A stretch of DNA of 64,000 nt from Octopus vulgaris (GCA_951406725.2 OX597821.1:27280001-27344000); one strand, 5' to 3'; shown: positions 1 through 12,540, counted from the first letter of the stretch. The notes: generated by a model not told the origin, from the sequence alone. A program made the numbers and translations.

Positions 1-1618
1 AACACTATTAAAGACAGTTCATGGATTTACCAAAGAAATAGATATGAAATTTGGATTAGAAAAATGCGCCAAAGTAACCATGAAAAGAGGAAAACTAGTT
101 AAGAGTAACAACATCACACTAGATAAAACCAATGAAATAAAAGAATTAGACCAAATCCAAACTTACAAATACTTAGGAATCCATGAACTAGATAAGACAC
201 AACACACACAAATGAAAGAGAAAATAAAAAAAGAATATTATAGACGAGTTAGATCAATACTAAACACAGAGCTCAATGCTAAAAACAAGATAATAGGTAT
301 CAACACTTTAGCTGTCCCAGTTATAAGTTACTGCTACAATATCCTTAACTGGACACGAAATGAACTGTCCAAAATAGATAGGAAAAAAAGAAAAATACTG
401 ACAGGATCTAGGATGCATCACCCAAAATCTGACATAGAAAGACTATATATACAACGTATAGAAGGTGGTAGAGGCCTTATACAGCTGGAAAACTACTATA
501 AAATAACCACCATAGGACTGCAAAAATACCTACTTCAGAAGGAAGGAAAACTGATCCAGATAGCAGCAAAACACGAGCAAAACAAAAAATTGTTCTCAGT
601 ATTTAAGGAAGCTGACAAATACAAACAAGAAATCATACCACCTAATAAACACAAAGAAGAAGAAGAAGATGATGAAGAAACAACAAAAGCTATAAAACAA
701 ATGAAATCCAAACTAAAAATAGAACAGCAACGAGCCATGATAAAACGATGGCAAGAAAAATCCCTTCATGGTAAATACTGCACTAAACTAAACGCAAAAG
801 AAATAGACAAAGAAAAATCCCAGCAATGGTTGAGAAGCTCAGGACTCAAAGCAGAAACAGAGGGATTTTTAATTGCAGCACAAGACCAAAGCCTCCCCAC
901 CAGAAATTACCAAAAACATGTAATGAAAAGAAATATTACAAGTAACTGCAGAATAAATGGAGATGGACAAGAAACAATAAATCATATTATCTCTAGCTGC
1001 CCAGTCCTGGCTAAGAAAGAATATATTCACAGACATGACAGAGTTGGAACCTACATACATTGGAAGCTATGCCAACAGAAAAAAGATGGTATAGGCACAC
1101 ACCAGAAAAGGTCAGAGAAAACGAGAAAGCAACCATACTCTGGGATATGCCGATACACACAGATAGAGAAATTAAGGCCAACTGACCAGATATAGTTGTC
1201 AGAGATCATGAAGAAAAAAAATGCTTTCTAATTGATGTATCAATACCGGCAGATGACAACGTGTCTCTAAAAGAAATGGAGAAACTCTCAAAATACAAAG
1301 ACCTGGAAATAGAGGTAACTAGAATGTGGAACCTGAAAACAGAAACAATTCCTATCATAGTAGGTGCATTAGGCATGATAAAAAAATATTCAGACAAATA
1401 CATAACAAAAACACCAGGACTTACAAACACATATAACATACAAAAAATTGCACTAATAGGCACTGCACACATCCTACGCAGAACACTTTCCATACAATAA
1501 CCATCAGAGCATCACAACAAATCACAGCACATACCCAAGGCACACAGAGCTGCGCTCGGTAGTGAAGTGAAAGCACGCTATAAAAATAAAACTACTGAAT
1601 AATAATAATAATAATAAT
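1..1618 (+). mobile_element. R4/Dong-clade RLE non-LTR retrotransposon, 3' part (RT C-terminus, Zn knuckle, PD-(D/E)XK endonuclease, 3' UTR, (TAA)n tail); inactivated
   Basis: ORF 44-1195 has MKFGLEKC, YKYLG, HPKSDIERLY..R..GGRGL, AAQDQSL.T, CRIN..ETINHIISSCP (second Cys lost) and RHDRV. After a frameshift near 1080 it reads ILWDMPIHTDREIKAN*PDIVV..LIDVSIP..EKLSKYKDL..PIIVGALG to a stop at 1500. It ends in (TAA)n at ~1598-1618. Confidence 0.93.
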
Positions 1619-1649
1619 CCATCAAATAGCAAGTCGCTATTAATAATAA

Positions 1650-3450
1650 TAAACGAGTCTTTCGTCATGATAATAAGTAGAAACGTATCTATCGGGAACT
1701 CTATGTGAAAGAAAAAAGTGACAAAGTCGTGCCGGATGCTGAAGAAAGTAAATGATTTTGGTCAAACATATGGTCTCAGGAGACACAACACGAAAATGAA
1801 GTAGTGTAGTTAAAGACACTCAAAGAGGATAATGGAGAGTATCGGCGGGAGAATTTGAGAATAACCGAGTAGTTGATTAGAGATCAGTGCAAAAAAATAC
1901 CTAACTGGAAAACTCCTGGCCCAGATGGGGTCCAGGGCTTTTGGCTTAAAACATTACAGTTCCCCACAAGAGAATTGCGAGACAGCTGGACGAAATACTG
2001 AATAGCGACATTCAAGTACCAACCTGGATGACAAAAAGACGAACGGCACCCAAGTATAGGGATTGGAGCTGGAAATTTCAGACTAATATCTTGTTTGTCG
2101 ATGATGTGGTAACATCATATCAAACAGTTTCTATAAGTACCTAGATGAGAACGATCTACTACTAGTGAAACAAAAAGGGTGTAGACGTAACAGTAGAGGA
2201 ACGAAGGATCAATTACGAATCCATAAGACTATGCTGACTGATTGCCAGAAGAGACACAAAAATTTGGCGGTGGCATGGGTGGACTACAGGAAAGCATATG
2301 ACATGGCCCCACACTCGTGGATTATTGAATGCCTTAAGCTGTTTAAGGTCTCACACAATATCCTGAAACTATTACAAAATTTAATGATAACGTCGCTAAC
2401 TGAACTTACAGCATGGGGAGATAAACTGGGTAAGGTAAATATCAGAAGAATCTTTCAAGGGGACAGCCTGTCGCTTCTCCTATTTGTTGTCTGCATACTG
2501 CCATTAACGAGCGTTTTAAGAAAGATGCGTGTAGGGCATATGCTAGGCAGGGTGAAAGTAAACGGCCTGTGGTTTATGGATTAACTAAAACTATTCGCGA
2601 AGACTGAGAAAGAAATCGAGTGTTTGACGGCAACTGTGCAGATGATTAGCAAAGATATTGACATGGAATTTGGGATCGAAAAATGTGCTGTAATGATGCT
2701 CAAATGGGAAAAAGCAGTAAAAGCCAAGGGATCAAACTGGAAAATGATGAAACTATAAGGGAAGTCTGAGAGGAAGGATATAAGTACCTAGGTATCACTG
2801 AAAGAGATAAGACGAAAGTACACAAGATGAAAGAAATGTAAACGAAAGAGAATTTTAGAACTCGATTTGTGCTCCAATCGAAGGTAAATGCAGCTATAAC
2901 ATTAGAACAATTAACACGTGAGATGTTGCTTTGATGAGAAATGGAGCAGGAATGGTATCTTGGAAGAAGCATAGATGACAAGAGATAGACGGGAGAACAC
3001 GAAAATTAAAGAAAATGAACAAGGAACTACACCCCAAGAGTGAAGTGTCAAGATTTACGTAAATAGGGAAGAAGGAGGATGGGAATTGTGGTGCTGTGAA
3101 GGTTGTGTAATGGAAGAGGAAAATAGACTGGTTTGGTATGTAAAGGGAGTAAAGAAGAATTGATTGTAGCAGTGAAAATGCAGGACACCTTAGAGGTGAA
3201 AGAAGTAGATCCAATGCAATACAAGAAAGACCACAAAGAGCAGATGAAGAAAATTTCGTAGGACAAGAAAATGCACAGTCAGTTCTTGAAGAATAAAGAT
3301 GAGATTCGTTGGAATAAATCTTGGCAATGGCTTTAGAAACGAGACTTAAAAGGGATGCATTAGGCTGCAGCGCCCAAGAGCAAGCTCTCAGAATAAACTG
3401 CTCGAAATATCACATTGATAAAAGCGCTGGCTCGCCACAGTGTAGGACAT
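1650..3450 (+). mobile_element. Second, more degraded R4/Dong-type LINE (RT region to Zn-finger start)
   Basis: Broken frames give [23 protein letters not shown] (~1900-1950), RGTKDQL, AWVDYRKAYDMAPHSWI, IFQGDSLS, FMD*LKLF, GYKYLG and QEQALR, with many stops and frameshifts. Confidence 0.88.
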
Positions 3451-4363
3451 TATTTGTGTTCTCGTAATGTATTATTTCTTTTAAGTGTTGTGTTTCAATT
3501 TCGATATAATTTTCGCTTTGAGAATGTATCTCCTTACGTTCGCCAGGTTATTGGTAATTTTCGATGTATCTAGATCTAGGTCGTTTCTCTTCGAAAATTT
3601 ATATGGGTATGCTATTGTACTTTTGTTTTGTGGGTAGTACACCTCTGTAAAGAAAGCGTGTAGGATACCGACATATCCCAATTGTGTCGAATTATGATTT
3701 TTTTTAGTTTATTATCAAGTCTTGAGGTGTACCATCCTGTCCTTTATTTCAATAGTCATCATTTTTGTAGGAAGCTAGTACGCTTGTTTCTGATCTGAAC
3801 GAGGTTTACATGTGCAAATTTTTTGAACGCATTTCCAGTTTTTACTTTTTATTTTTGGTTTGAATAATATTGATATCACTAAAATTTTTAATGTGGAAAA
3901 TAATAAATTTCATTGAATAATACTTATACGGTTATTATCCAATATTATAGTTATCGGAGCATCTTTTATATCGTTGTCACATATTAACATCCCCGATGTT
4001 CAGTGTTAAATATCCATCGTGTTATTTTTGTAAACATCCCCAGTGTTGTTATTTTTATTATTCTAGTCAGAACTGAAGAGAATGTTGCTCGTTGCTCTCA
4101 TCATACTCAGAAAAGGAAAGGAGATTGCCTTGATATGTTTCATAGGTTGTTTGTTGGTCACATTAAGAACGTACCATATTCTTTGTGCTATAAAAGTAGT
4201 TAATCTAGCTATGACAGTTAATTTCCTATTTGCCATGGATTTCGAAGCGATATAGCGATATATCAACTGCAATCACGAAGACAAAAGAATGGTACAATTT
4301 GTCAGATGAATAGTTAACAAACAGTGACATTTTGTATACGATGTTTTTCTTATTAGATTTCGT

Positions 4364-4409
<46 letters not shown>

Positions 4410-5023
4410 GGTGCTTATGGTGGTTACGGCGAAATATTTGAGCATAGAATGTCGTGTGTCTGGAGCAGGTACTGAGTCAAGTAAGGCTATGTAAAGCGGT
4501 GGTACGATACTCTATTCTATAGTGGGTTAAAATCATATTTTATAAAGGTTGCTACCGAACAGTCATGCGTAAAATAATTAGAGCTACTTTCTTTAGAATA
4601 ATTTCAATCGACCCCGTTTTTCCAAACTGTTGCTTATAAGTGATAAATTAAAGAGCAAATTTCATCGCCTAAATCTAAAACCTCTTTCCATTTGAGTTCC
4701 TATATATTTCAAGGACCTAAGAATTTAAAATAGGAAGACTATTTTGCTGTTAAGCAAAAGTATGGCATGTCCAAAACGTTGCTTTTTCAGAAAACCAAAG
4801 AGTAATCTCACCATTCCATAGCAAAACCGTTGTACAACACTCTGACAATTTTTGATATCTTGGCATCTGGAGCCGCTGGAGGTACTATAGTTTCACCGAA
4901 AGAATCGGCTATTGCAAGTAAAGAGAAATATTGAAGAAACGCATTCGGCCAAATTTGTGCATAGAACAGTTCAACATAATAGCAACGAAACACACACACA
5001 CTCACGCATACACATATATATAT

Positions 5024-5065
<42 letters not shown>

Positions 5066-5195
5066 ATATATATATATAAGAATTTGTTTTTGTGTTTGCA
5101 TATGTAATTGGAACTGAAAAACAAGTAGTGGTTCTTAAATAGATTTATTGACATACCAAACTAGCTTCGCCGATTTATTTTGCCTATATGTATAC

Positions 5196-5288
<93 letters not shown>

Positions 5289-5379
5289 GAGGTGGGATTA
5301 CGAGAGTTTTAAAGTTATATGGTAAAAATTGGACAAACATGTTTCAGCCATCAAGTATTCAAATATGAACAGAAATTGA

Positions 5380-5596
5380 GGCGGCGAGCTGGCAGAAACG
5401 TTAGCACGACGGGCGAAATGCTTAGAATTATTTCGCCTGTCTTTACGTTCAGAGATCAAATTATTCTCACGTCGACTTTACCATTCTTCCTTTCGGGATC
5501 GATATATTAAATACAAGTTGCGTACTGGGTCGTTCTAATGGACTAGCACCCCACCTCCAAAACAATTCGGGGCTTCTGCCTAGAGTAGAAAAGAAT
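5380..5596 (+). mobile_element. tRNA-derived SINE, family A
   Basis: Head GGCGGCGAGCTGGCAGAAACGTTAGC (A-box-like), body GTCGACTTTACC..CCTTTCGGGATCGAT, end CCTAGAGTAGAAAAG. Homologous segments lie at 21040-21228(-), 21498-21686(-), 25365-25475(+) and 38420-38585(-). Confidence 0.8.
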
Positions 5597-5757
5597 ATGC
5601 ACAGATATTTCCTTGGGCTTCACATGGATAGGCAGCAATATCAATGTAAACGTTTGGTGGAGATCATAACAAATGTACATGACTGAATGTTCAGTCATAT
5701 TGAGTTTTTATAAAATAATTGGGAAAGAAAGAGAGAAAGGGGAGAAATAGAAGAAAA

Positions 5758-5918
<161 letters not shown>

Positions 5919-6162
5919 TAAATAAGAGGGCTAGCAGCAGGCTGTTTCGCCTCATACCGAAGGAATTAGAAATGGCAGTCAAAGACTGTTTTTTCCATTT
6001 TCTGTAAGTGGAGATTCCAAAAACGAAGGCCCGTGCGGCTCACATACACAAAACCGGAGTAGCAAATAGACGCAAACAGTCACTTACCGTTAATAACGAA
6101 CATGTTTCTGGATCACAAACTTAGAAAAGTAGTTTGATTTCCGTCATCGGCGCTATATTCGA

Positions 6163-6418
6163 TAGCTTTACCAAATGCCACAGGCCTTCACTTCTGACCC
6201 AGCGACATCAGATAGTGGGGGGGGGGGGAGTGCGCAGATGTTAAAACTAAGTAACGACTGGGAACGTAAATTTTCCCTCCAAAATTCTGCCATGCGCGCC
6301 TTCTGGGTAATCGTAATGGAATGAGGAATCCACATGGTAATGCAATAAAAATGGTAAATAATTTTTCTGTGGATGTCGCTGGGTCAGAAGTGAGGGCTTG
6401 TGGCATTTGGTAAAGCTA
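6163..6418. mobile_element. MITE-like element with ~47-bp terminal inverted repeats
   Basis: 6163-6209 TAGCTTTACCAAATGCCACAGGCCTTCACTTCTGACCCAGCGACATC is the reverse complement of 6372-6418 with 2 mismatches. TA sits at both outer ends. Confidence 0.75.
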
Positions 6419-6443
6419 TAGATAGATAGATAGATAGATAGAC

Positions 6444-6500
<57 letters not shown>
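6419..6500. repeat. (GATA)n microsatellite
   Basis: Read directly from the sequence. Confidence 0.97.
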
Positions 6501-6528
6501 CATATATATATTACGTAGAGGGCATTAT

Positions 6529-6975
6529 AAAAAATCCAACAATCTTTTCACTTAAATATATTTATTTATATTATATAGAGGGCATTACTATACATAAATG
6601 GCACACGCTAGGAGGGACTCTTAAAGTCAAAACTTCAAAAATATATAAATACATCGTACCGAATGCAACTCTGGAAGCAAGTCTTTTAGAAACAGAATTT
6701 AGCTTCATATGACTGTGATTTCATAATTAGTGCAGTAATACATATTTTACTCCTCAGTGCAAGTATAATTCAAGATTTATAACGATTTATTGTGTTGTGG
6801 TGGTTTTGACTTTAAGAGTCCCTCGTAACGTGTGGCATTTATGTATAGTAATGCCCTCTATATAATATAAATAAATATATTTAAGTGAAAAAATTGGTGG
6901 ATTTTTTCTGTTATGTGGTTTTTCACGCAAACTACTTAATAAATTCTTATAAAGATTTTATCCTAGTTTTAATTA
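6529..6975. repeat. ~105-bp inverted repeat pair (6529-6633 / 6803-6907), probably fold-back PLE pLTR ends
   Basis: The arms share GAGGGCATTACTATACATAAATG..GGGACTCTTAAAGTCAAAAC. The right arm runs on through AATAAA into (TA)n, as other pLTR ends in this window do. Confidence 0.7.
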
Positions 6976-7488
6976 TATATATATATATATGGATGAATGA
7001 ATGAATGAATTAAAGACACTTTATAACGTTAGTAATTTCTGTAGTGACTTTGCCAAAATATTATATATATTTAGGATATAATCATAACAAAATAAACGCT
7101 GTGTTCATTAATATAAGACAAATGATCAAATATAGCGATCGGAACTTTCTTTAAAGCTCATCGTGTTGCAAAGTCAGACCAATTCACACACAAATGATTT
7201 TTATGTAGTTACACCAACCAACTGAAAAAACTGATAAAGTATTTTTGAACAAGAAGTAAGCAATTCAATATTGTTAAAAACGACCACAGTGAGTCTTTTC
7301 TTCTAATACAGTATGGTAATCGGGTTCGACAGTTCGAGAATAAGACAATAATTTACTGTTCCTATGTTGGCAATTTTCCAAGACTCTTTGTGCTACGTCA
7401 ATTATTGAACGTCTCATTAGATGAAAACAACATTCAAAATGCTGTATCAATTTCATCATTTTATTTAAGGTGATTATTTACACGCCGA

Positions 7489-7526
7489 TTACATTTTCAA
7501 TTTCGTGTAATGATCATCAGTGTAAT
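7489..7526 (-). ncRNA. Degenerate minimal type I hammerhead-like motif
   Basis: Minus strand reads ATTACA-CTGATGA-TCATTACAC-GAAA-TTGAAAA-TGTAAT. It has a 6-bp stem I and both core boxes, but stem II and the NUH site are broken. AATAAA lies downstream. Confidence 0.4.
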
Positions 7527-8045
7527 TTTCTCTATACGTTCCAAACTATACGTTTGGGAACTGACTTTAACATTTGTTTCACACTAACACAGTGAAAGAG
7601 AAGAATGTCTGACGGCTTTTATTTATATATTTTGTATTCATTACTCTTAGTCCTAAATTAGACATAACAATGGCCGAGCATAATATAATGTTTGGAAAAC
7701 CTGCCAACGCGGACAAAGTATACAAAAAAAAATTTAAATTACATGGATAAGCGAAGAAAGGATATGGCTAATACGAAAAAAATCATATATGATTTTCCAA
7801 GTTTGAGATTAAGTATTAACTTTTATATCTATTAATTATACTTTAGTTTCTGTAATCAGTTGTGGAAGCCAAAGGAATGAATGCTCTATCTGTTGAGGCA
7901 TATGTTCAATTCAAATGGATTCATCTCGTTACATTTACATTTCTAAGCATTAAACTCACAAATGATTAAATAAGCAATATAACTGTGACGACTCGTTCTC
8001 CTGGAAATAATATTTAATTTCAAGATAAATTTTATCTTTTAATTA

Positions 8046-8422
8046 CTTCAGTCATCAGACTGCAGTATTGCTGTGGCACCGCCTTGAAGGATTTTTATTC
8101 TAATGTCTCGACTCCAGTACTTATTTTGTAAAAGTGTGATACTTATTCTATCAGTCTCTTTTGCCGATCCGCTTATTTATGGAGACGTTAACACAGCAAC
8201 ACCGGTTGTCAAGCGGTGTTGGGGGATAAACTCAGGCATACAGACAGACAGACACGCGGACACACATATATCTATGTACATATATGCGACGGGCTTATTT
8301 CATTTACCGTCTACTCAAGGCTTTGGTCGACCTGAGGCTATAGTAGAAGATCCTTGTGCAAGTTGTTATGAAGTGGGAGGGTGACCCGAAACATGAGGCT
8401 GGAAAGCAAGCTTCTTACCTAA
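8046..8422 (-). mobile_element. tRNA-derived CORE-type SINE, family B, diverged copy
   Basis: Shares CAAGGCTTTGGTCG..GAGGCTATAGTAGAAGA and CGGTTGTCAAGCG with the younger copies at 23858, 40081 and 58688. Confidence 0.8.
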
Positions 8423-8697
8423 CAAACATAACCCCATTCATCTTGCTGGCTGGGGATGTAATGACAAAAAATTTCTCTTACATAGATATATGAATCAAAT
8501 TCACATGTTCATATTATACTGCTATTTTTAAAATAGAAAAAAAAATCACGTTTTATATCAAGGGTGTTCAGTAATTTTAAAAAGTTAAAAATATTAGTTG
8601 AATAAACATAGAAAACTACGCGCATTTTGTCTTTTCACTGTTTTCCTGATGGAAGCAAAATGTCAACATGTTCCTCATTTCCTATGTAAGTGTTACA

Positions 8698-8737
<40 letters not shown>

Positions 8738-8744
8738 CATATAG

Positions 8745-9061
8745 TCAATAATTATAAAGGACAAAATTAATTAGTAATTAATAATTTTACCAAGCAGTGT
8801 TCAGTATGTAAAAGGACCATTTACAGTAAATTTAAACATTAGTTTATATAATTAGGGTTCAGCAAAAAGTAATCTAATTTCGAGTGAACTTTCGTTATTT
8901 TTCCCTCTATGCCTACGTGAATTGTTTTTGAGTATACATTGTCTGGGAGACTCTTCTTACAGTAGAAGAAATAGGTAAATTCTTTGGCTGCTATTTTTAA
9001 AAGTTCGGTATGTGGTAAAGCAATTTTTTTGCTGAACCCTAATTATATAAAGTAATGTTTA
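8745..9061. repeat. Inverted PLE-pLTR-like fragments, same family as 47792-48300
   Basis: 8833-8868 is inverted at 9026-9061. AATTAGGGTTCAGCAAAAA and the surrounding sequence recur at 47830 and, inverted, at 48150-48300. Confidence 0.65.
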
Positions 9062-9739
9062 TATACATATATCATATGTACTGCTAATTGATAGAAACTT
9101 AATCCAAGCGTATAAGTATTCATTAGCATCTAAACTATTCGTTATCAGCTCTTCCTAGAAAAAAACTGTATTTGTGGCATTTTTATCGGAAACAAATTTC
9201 AAAATATTACACCGCAAAGGATGCTTCCCTTGCACAGATTGCGTTACATGCCATTGCTTGTCTCATGCTAATTCCGACAATAAAAGTCTGAAGCCTATAA
9301 TGCGATGTAGTTTATATTAATTTACAGAACATTAGAAGAACGATCTTATGGAACATAAGGATTATAGTTTCAATTTTGATTCTATAGTTTTTAAGGGAAG
9401 CATTGCTTCCATTATTATACAAAGGAGAAACACGTCGCACCCCCACCTCGAAATAAGGGTAGACAAATATCGCAAAGCTGTGACACGAGGAGATATTGAT
9501 AAATCGGGTATGTCTGATTATGTATGGAAAAATAGGGACCCCTGTGAGAAGAAGTTGAAATAATAGACAGAGAACACCACTGGAAAATACGAAAACTGAA
9601 ATAAGCAGCACATATGCTAGGATACAACAACCTCCTAAGCAGACCGAGTATAGATATGAATAGCGATGGGAACTGCCATTAAGGAAGAATAGAAAATATT
9701 AGATTTATAAACCCTAAAATTCACTTCACAATTGCCCAC

Positions 9740-9808
9740 GGGCATATGGCGTAGTGGTTACGAGTGCAGGCTACTAACCCCAGTCAAGTTCGATTCCAGG
9801 CAGTGACC
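9740..9808 (+). promoter_or_regulatory. tRNA-like Pol III type 2 internal promoter (A box + B box)
   Basis: A box TGGCGTAGTGG at 9747-9757, anticodon-arm-like GG-CTACTAA-CC, and B box AGTTCGATTCC at 9787-9797. Confidence 0.7.
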
Positions 9809-9875
9809 TCAATAAAATTAAATAACATGGAAAAATACCTATGGAATGAGAACCCAAGTTCGAAATTTCCCTAAG

Positions 9876-9941
9876 ATACCTGATGAAGGTGACTTGGGCA
9901 AAAAAGGTGTCTGGATGGTATATTAGCCGAAATGTTGTGTT
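9876..9941 (+). ncRNA. Degenerate type I hammerhead ribozyme
   Basis: ATAC-CTGATGA-AGG..(~22-nt insertion)..CTGGATGGTATATTAGCC-GAAA-TGTT-GTGT. Stem I is ATAC/GTGT and stem III is mutated. Confidence 0.55.
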
Positions 9942-10289
9942 AACAACAAACAAGATGAGGACAAATATCCGTGAAATATAAATGATGTACATACTCAGTT
10001 GGTTGAATAAATATTGTCTTAGAATGTTTTATGAAAGATTCAACGGAATATGTCAACAACCGTGGTGACAATTAAAAATCAATTTTTCTATTCTAACAAG
10101 TTCCTGGTCAGAACATTTTCCTGATTTAGGGTCTCCCATACTTTTGGAAAACCCTTTTAGAACAGAATGCTATATCTGAGATGATTTTTAAAATAAATAT
10201 TTTCATAACTTTTACATAATTCATAAGCCCGATTTATTAACGTTTTCTCAAAAGCTTTAGTCGCCGCCAGGTTAGTAATATTTTCCTCA

Positions 10290-10336
<47 letters not shown>

Positions 10337-11273
10337 CTCACTCACACACAAACACATGCACACACACAGAGGCACACACGACACATATGTATTCTGATAT
10401 TAAAAAATTCTATTATTGCATACATTGCAGAATAATATAAATATATTGTTTGGTGCCATGTTACATAATTACAACATCGCTACGCAGTAGGTGTCGAAAA
10501 AGCCTCAGTTAACCTCATAAATGTTCAGGAAAGGTAATTTCCATTGAAAACATACTTTTTCTTTTCCTTTACTTCTGCGAATACTAAATATACTTCATTC
10601 CAAAGAACTGCTTTCTATGTATAAACTGAACAGTGTATACATGTTAAATGATTTCCCCTGCGTTGAAGAAATAATAAAAGAAAATCCATCGATTATCACG
10701 AAATTTTACAATTTTAATGCTATATCCTCTCTTTATCCCCTACTGAGTAGTGATAATTTGTATTGCATTTTTATATCCCTCTTTCCTCTATACACACATC
10801 AATAAGAATATATCGTATACCAAACACCTTCTTCTTCTTATTCTTCTTCTTCTTCTCCTCCTTCAAAATATTGCTTTTCTATTCCTCTGTCTCCGTCCAT
10901 TTCTCAACTGCAGTAAATCAAATATAACATTTCTCTTAAATTTTGCGTCGATATAGCATAAATGAAAATCTGTAATGCTTAGCAGAATATATATTACATT
11001 AAACTGTTCAAAGGAACATCGGACGCTATATGCAACAGAGATCCGTGTAAAATTTTAGATATACTAATTTGTTATATTGACAAATGAACGCATTTTGCCA
11101 ACATAGTCTTGGAGACGGCATATTGTTATTCGCACCCCAATGTATCCAAATACAATATTCAGACATATCTTGCATACTAGGACAGTTTCAATGCGTTCTT
11201 TTAACAACAGATGACATGTATCATTTAGTTTCTTACATACCTTATGAAACCGCACAAAGTTCAATACTATAAC

Positions 11274-11335
<62 letters not shown>

Positions 11336-11557
11336 TATACATACATACATTATGACAAATTTAAAACCTGACTAACATAATTTTAAATGAATCCATGGAA
11401 GGTAATTCTGCTGTTGTTAGGAATACAGACCACTACACAAATATTTCACCGAATATCCTACATTACTACATAAACTATGAAGAAAGCAAGTATTAGAAAT
11501 ATAATTACGAAAATATTCAGTATTTTTTACAAAACTCATGTAGAAATTGTTTAACTT

Positions 11558-12007
11558 CGGATATTTTCGGTTTGATCGGCAGTTTTTCCAGCGGTGTCAT
11601 ATGGAATTGTCACCGATAATTATGACCCTAGTATCGATATATTGCATTTCAATCTATTTTAGGGTTAGGGCTAGTTAGGGTTAGGGTTAGGGTTAGGGTT
11701 AGGGATGGGGGGGGGAAGTTTATCTTTTTTTCTTCACAAATGTAAATAAACCCAATCTGTTTCTTAAACGAGGGACATGTTCATACGGAACAGAATGCTT
11801 TTTACATCAATGGACGCCAATGATAGGTTGAAATTGCAGAAATTGAAGAAAAAAACAATAACAAATATCTTACAAACTATAGAATTTTCTCAATAAAGCC
11901 AATAGAAAAAGATGTTTTATAAACACATTCAACCAGTATACGAAGTTTAAAATTTTTAGTTACCTCGAAATTATGTTAAAAACTGCTGTTGAAATCGAAA
12001 AGATCCC
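11558..12007. mobile_element. MITE (~450 bp, ~30-bp TIRs, PIF/Harbinger-like ends) carrying an internal (TTAGGG)n tract
   Basis: Left end is CGGATATTTTCGGTTTGATCGGCAGTTTTT and right end is AAAAACTGCTGTTGAAATCGAAAAGATCCC followed by TAA. TTAGGG repeats lie at 11659-11704. Confidence 0.75.
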
Positions 12008-12327
12008 TAATATGATTATCCTTCGAAAATTTAAATATGAAATAAAGAACGTTTTATGGACTATCCACTGATTAATGAATAAACTAGTTTACTAAAAGCC
12101 ACTAGGGTAATCATAATATGAACCACTGATTTAGATGTAAGCCTTATTGACACAGGTCCAACATTAGAAAAAAACATCAGTTCCTTGTAACTTCTGCGAC
12201 TGCTTAACAAAAATCTTTCTGCAAGTACATAGACGCTTCAAGGAGATAAACTTGATATAGTCACACGCCTACCAAATGAAAATATCTATACTATTTGCTG
12301 GTAATTGTGAACCTATATATATATATA

Positions 12328-12540
12328 TTGTTATATTTCGGAATGGTCATATTGCCAGTTTAGCCATTAAAAACACACGTACTATATATTTGGTGCTATT
12401 TTGCTTCAGTGTTATTTATTTTTTACATTAATCTTAATCTTATTTCGGCCAGAGTTCTTTCGTCACACTCCTGTGACCGCATCAGTGGTCCTTTGTTTTC
12501 TTCTTACTTAATTATGAAATACCGTAACGCATTTATAGCA
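12328..12540 (-). mobile_element. PLE pLTR fragment in (TA)n with hammerhead
   Basis: Contains the HHR at 12447-12490. AATAAA follows on the minus strand and the fragment ends in (TA)n at ~12315-12327. Confidence 0.7.
12447..12490 (-). ncRNA. Minimal type I hammerhead with CUGAUGCG core variant
   Basis: Minus strand reads GACCA-CTGATGCG-GTCAC-AGGAGT-GTGAC-GAAA-GAAC-TC^TGGCC. Stem II is a perfect 5 bp and stem I is CCA/TGG. Confidence 0.7.

Larger units (their letters stand above)
9418..9990 (+). mobile_element. Penelope-like element 3' fragment: GIY-YIG C-terminus plus pLTR with tRNA-like cassette and hammerhead
   Basis: Broken frames give YKGETRR (9418), IRVDKYRKAVTRGDIDKSGMSDYVWK and IIDREHHWKIRKLK*AAHMLGYNNLLSRPS. 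A/B boxes follow at 9747-9797, then CTGATGA (9880)..GCCGAAA (9926-9932). Confidence 0.8.

Noticed and set aside
11659-11704. Chromosome end or fusion site
   Set aside because: The tract is short, in a single orientation and enclosed by MITE TIRs.
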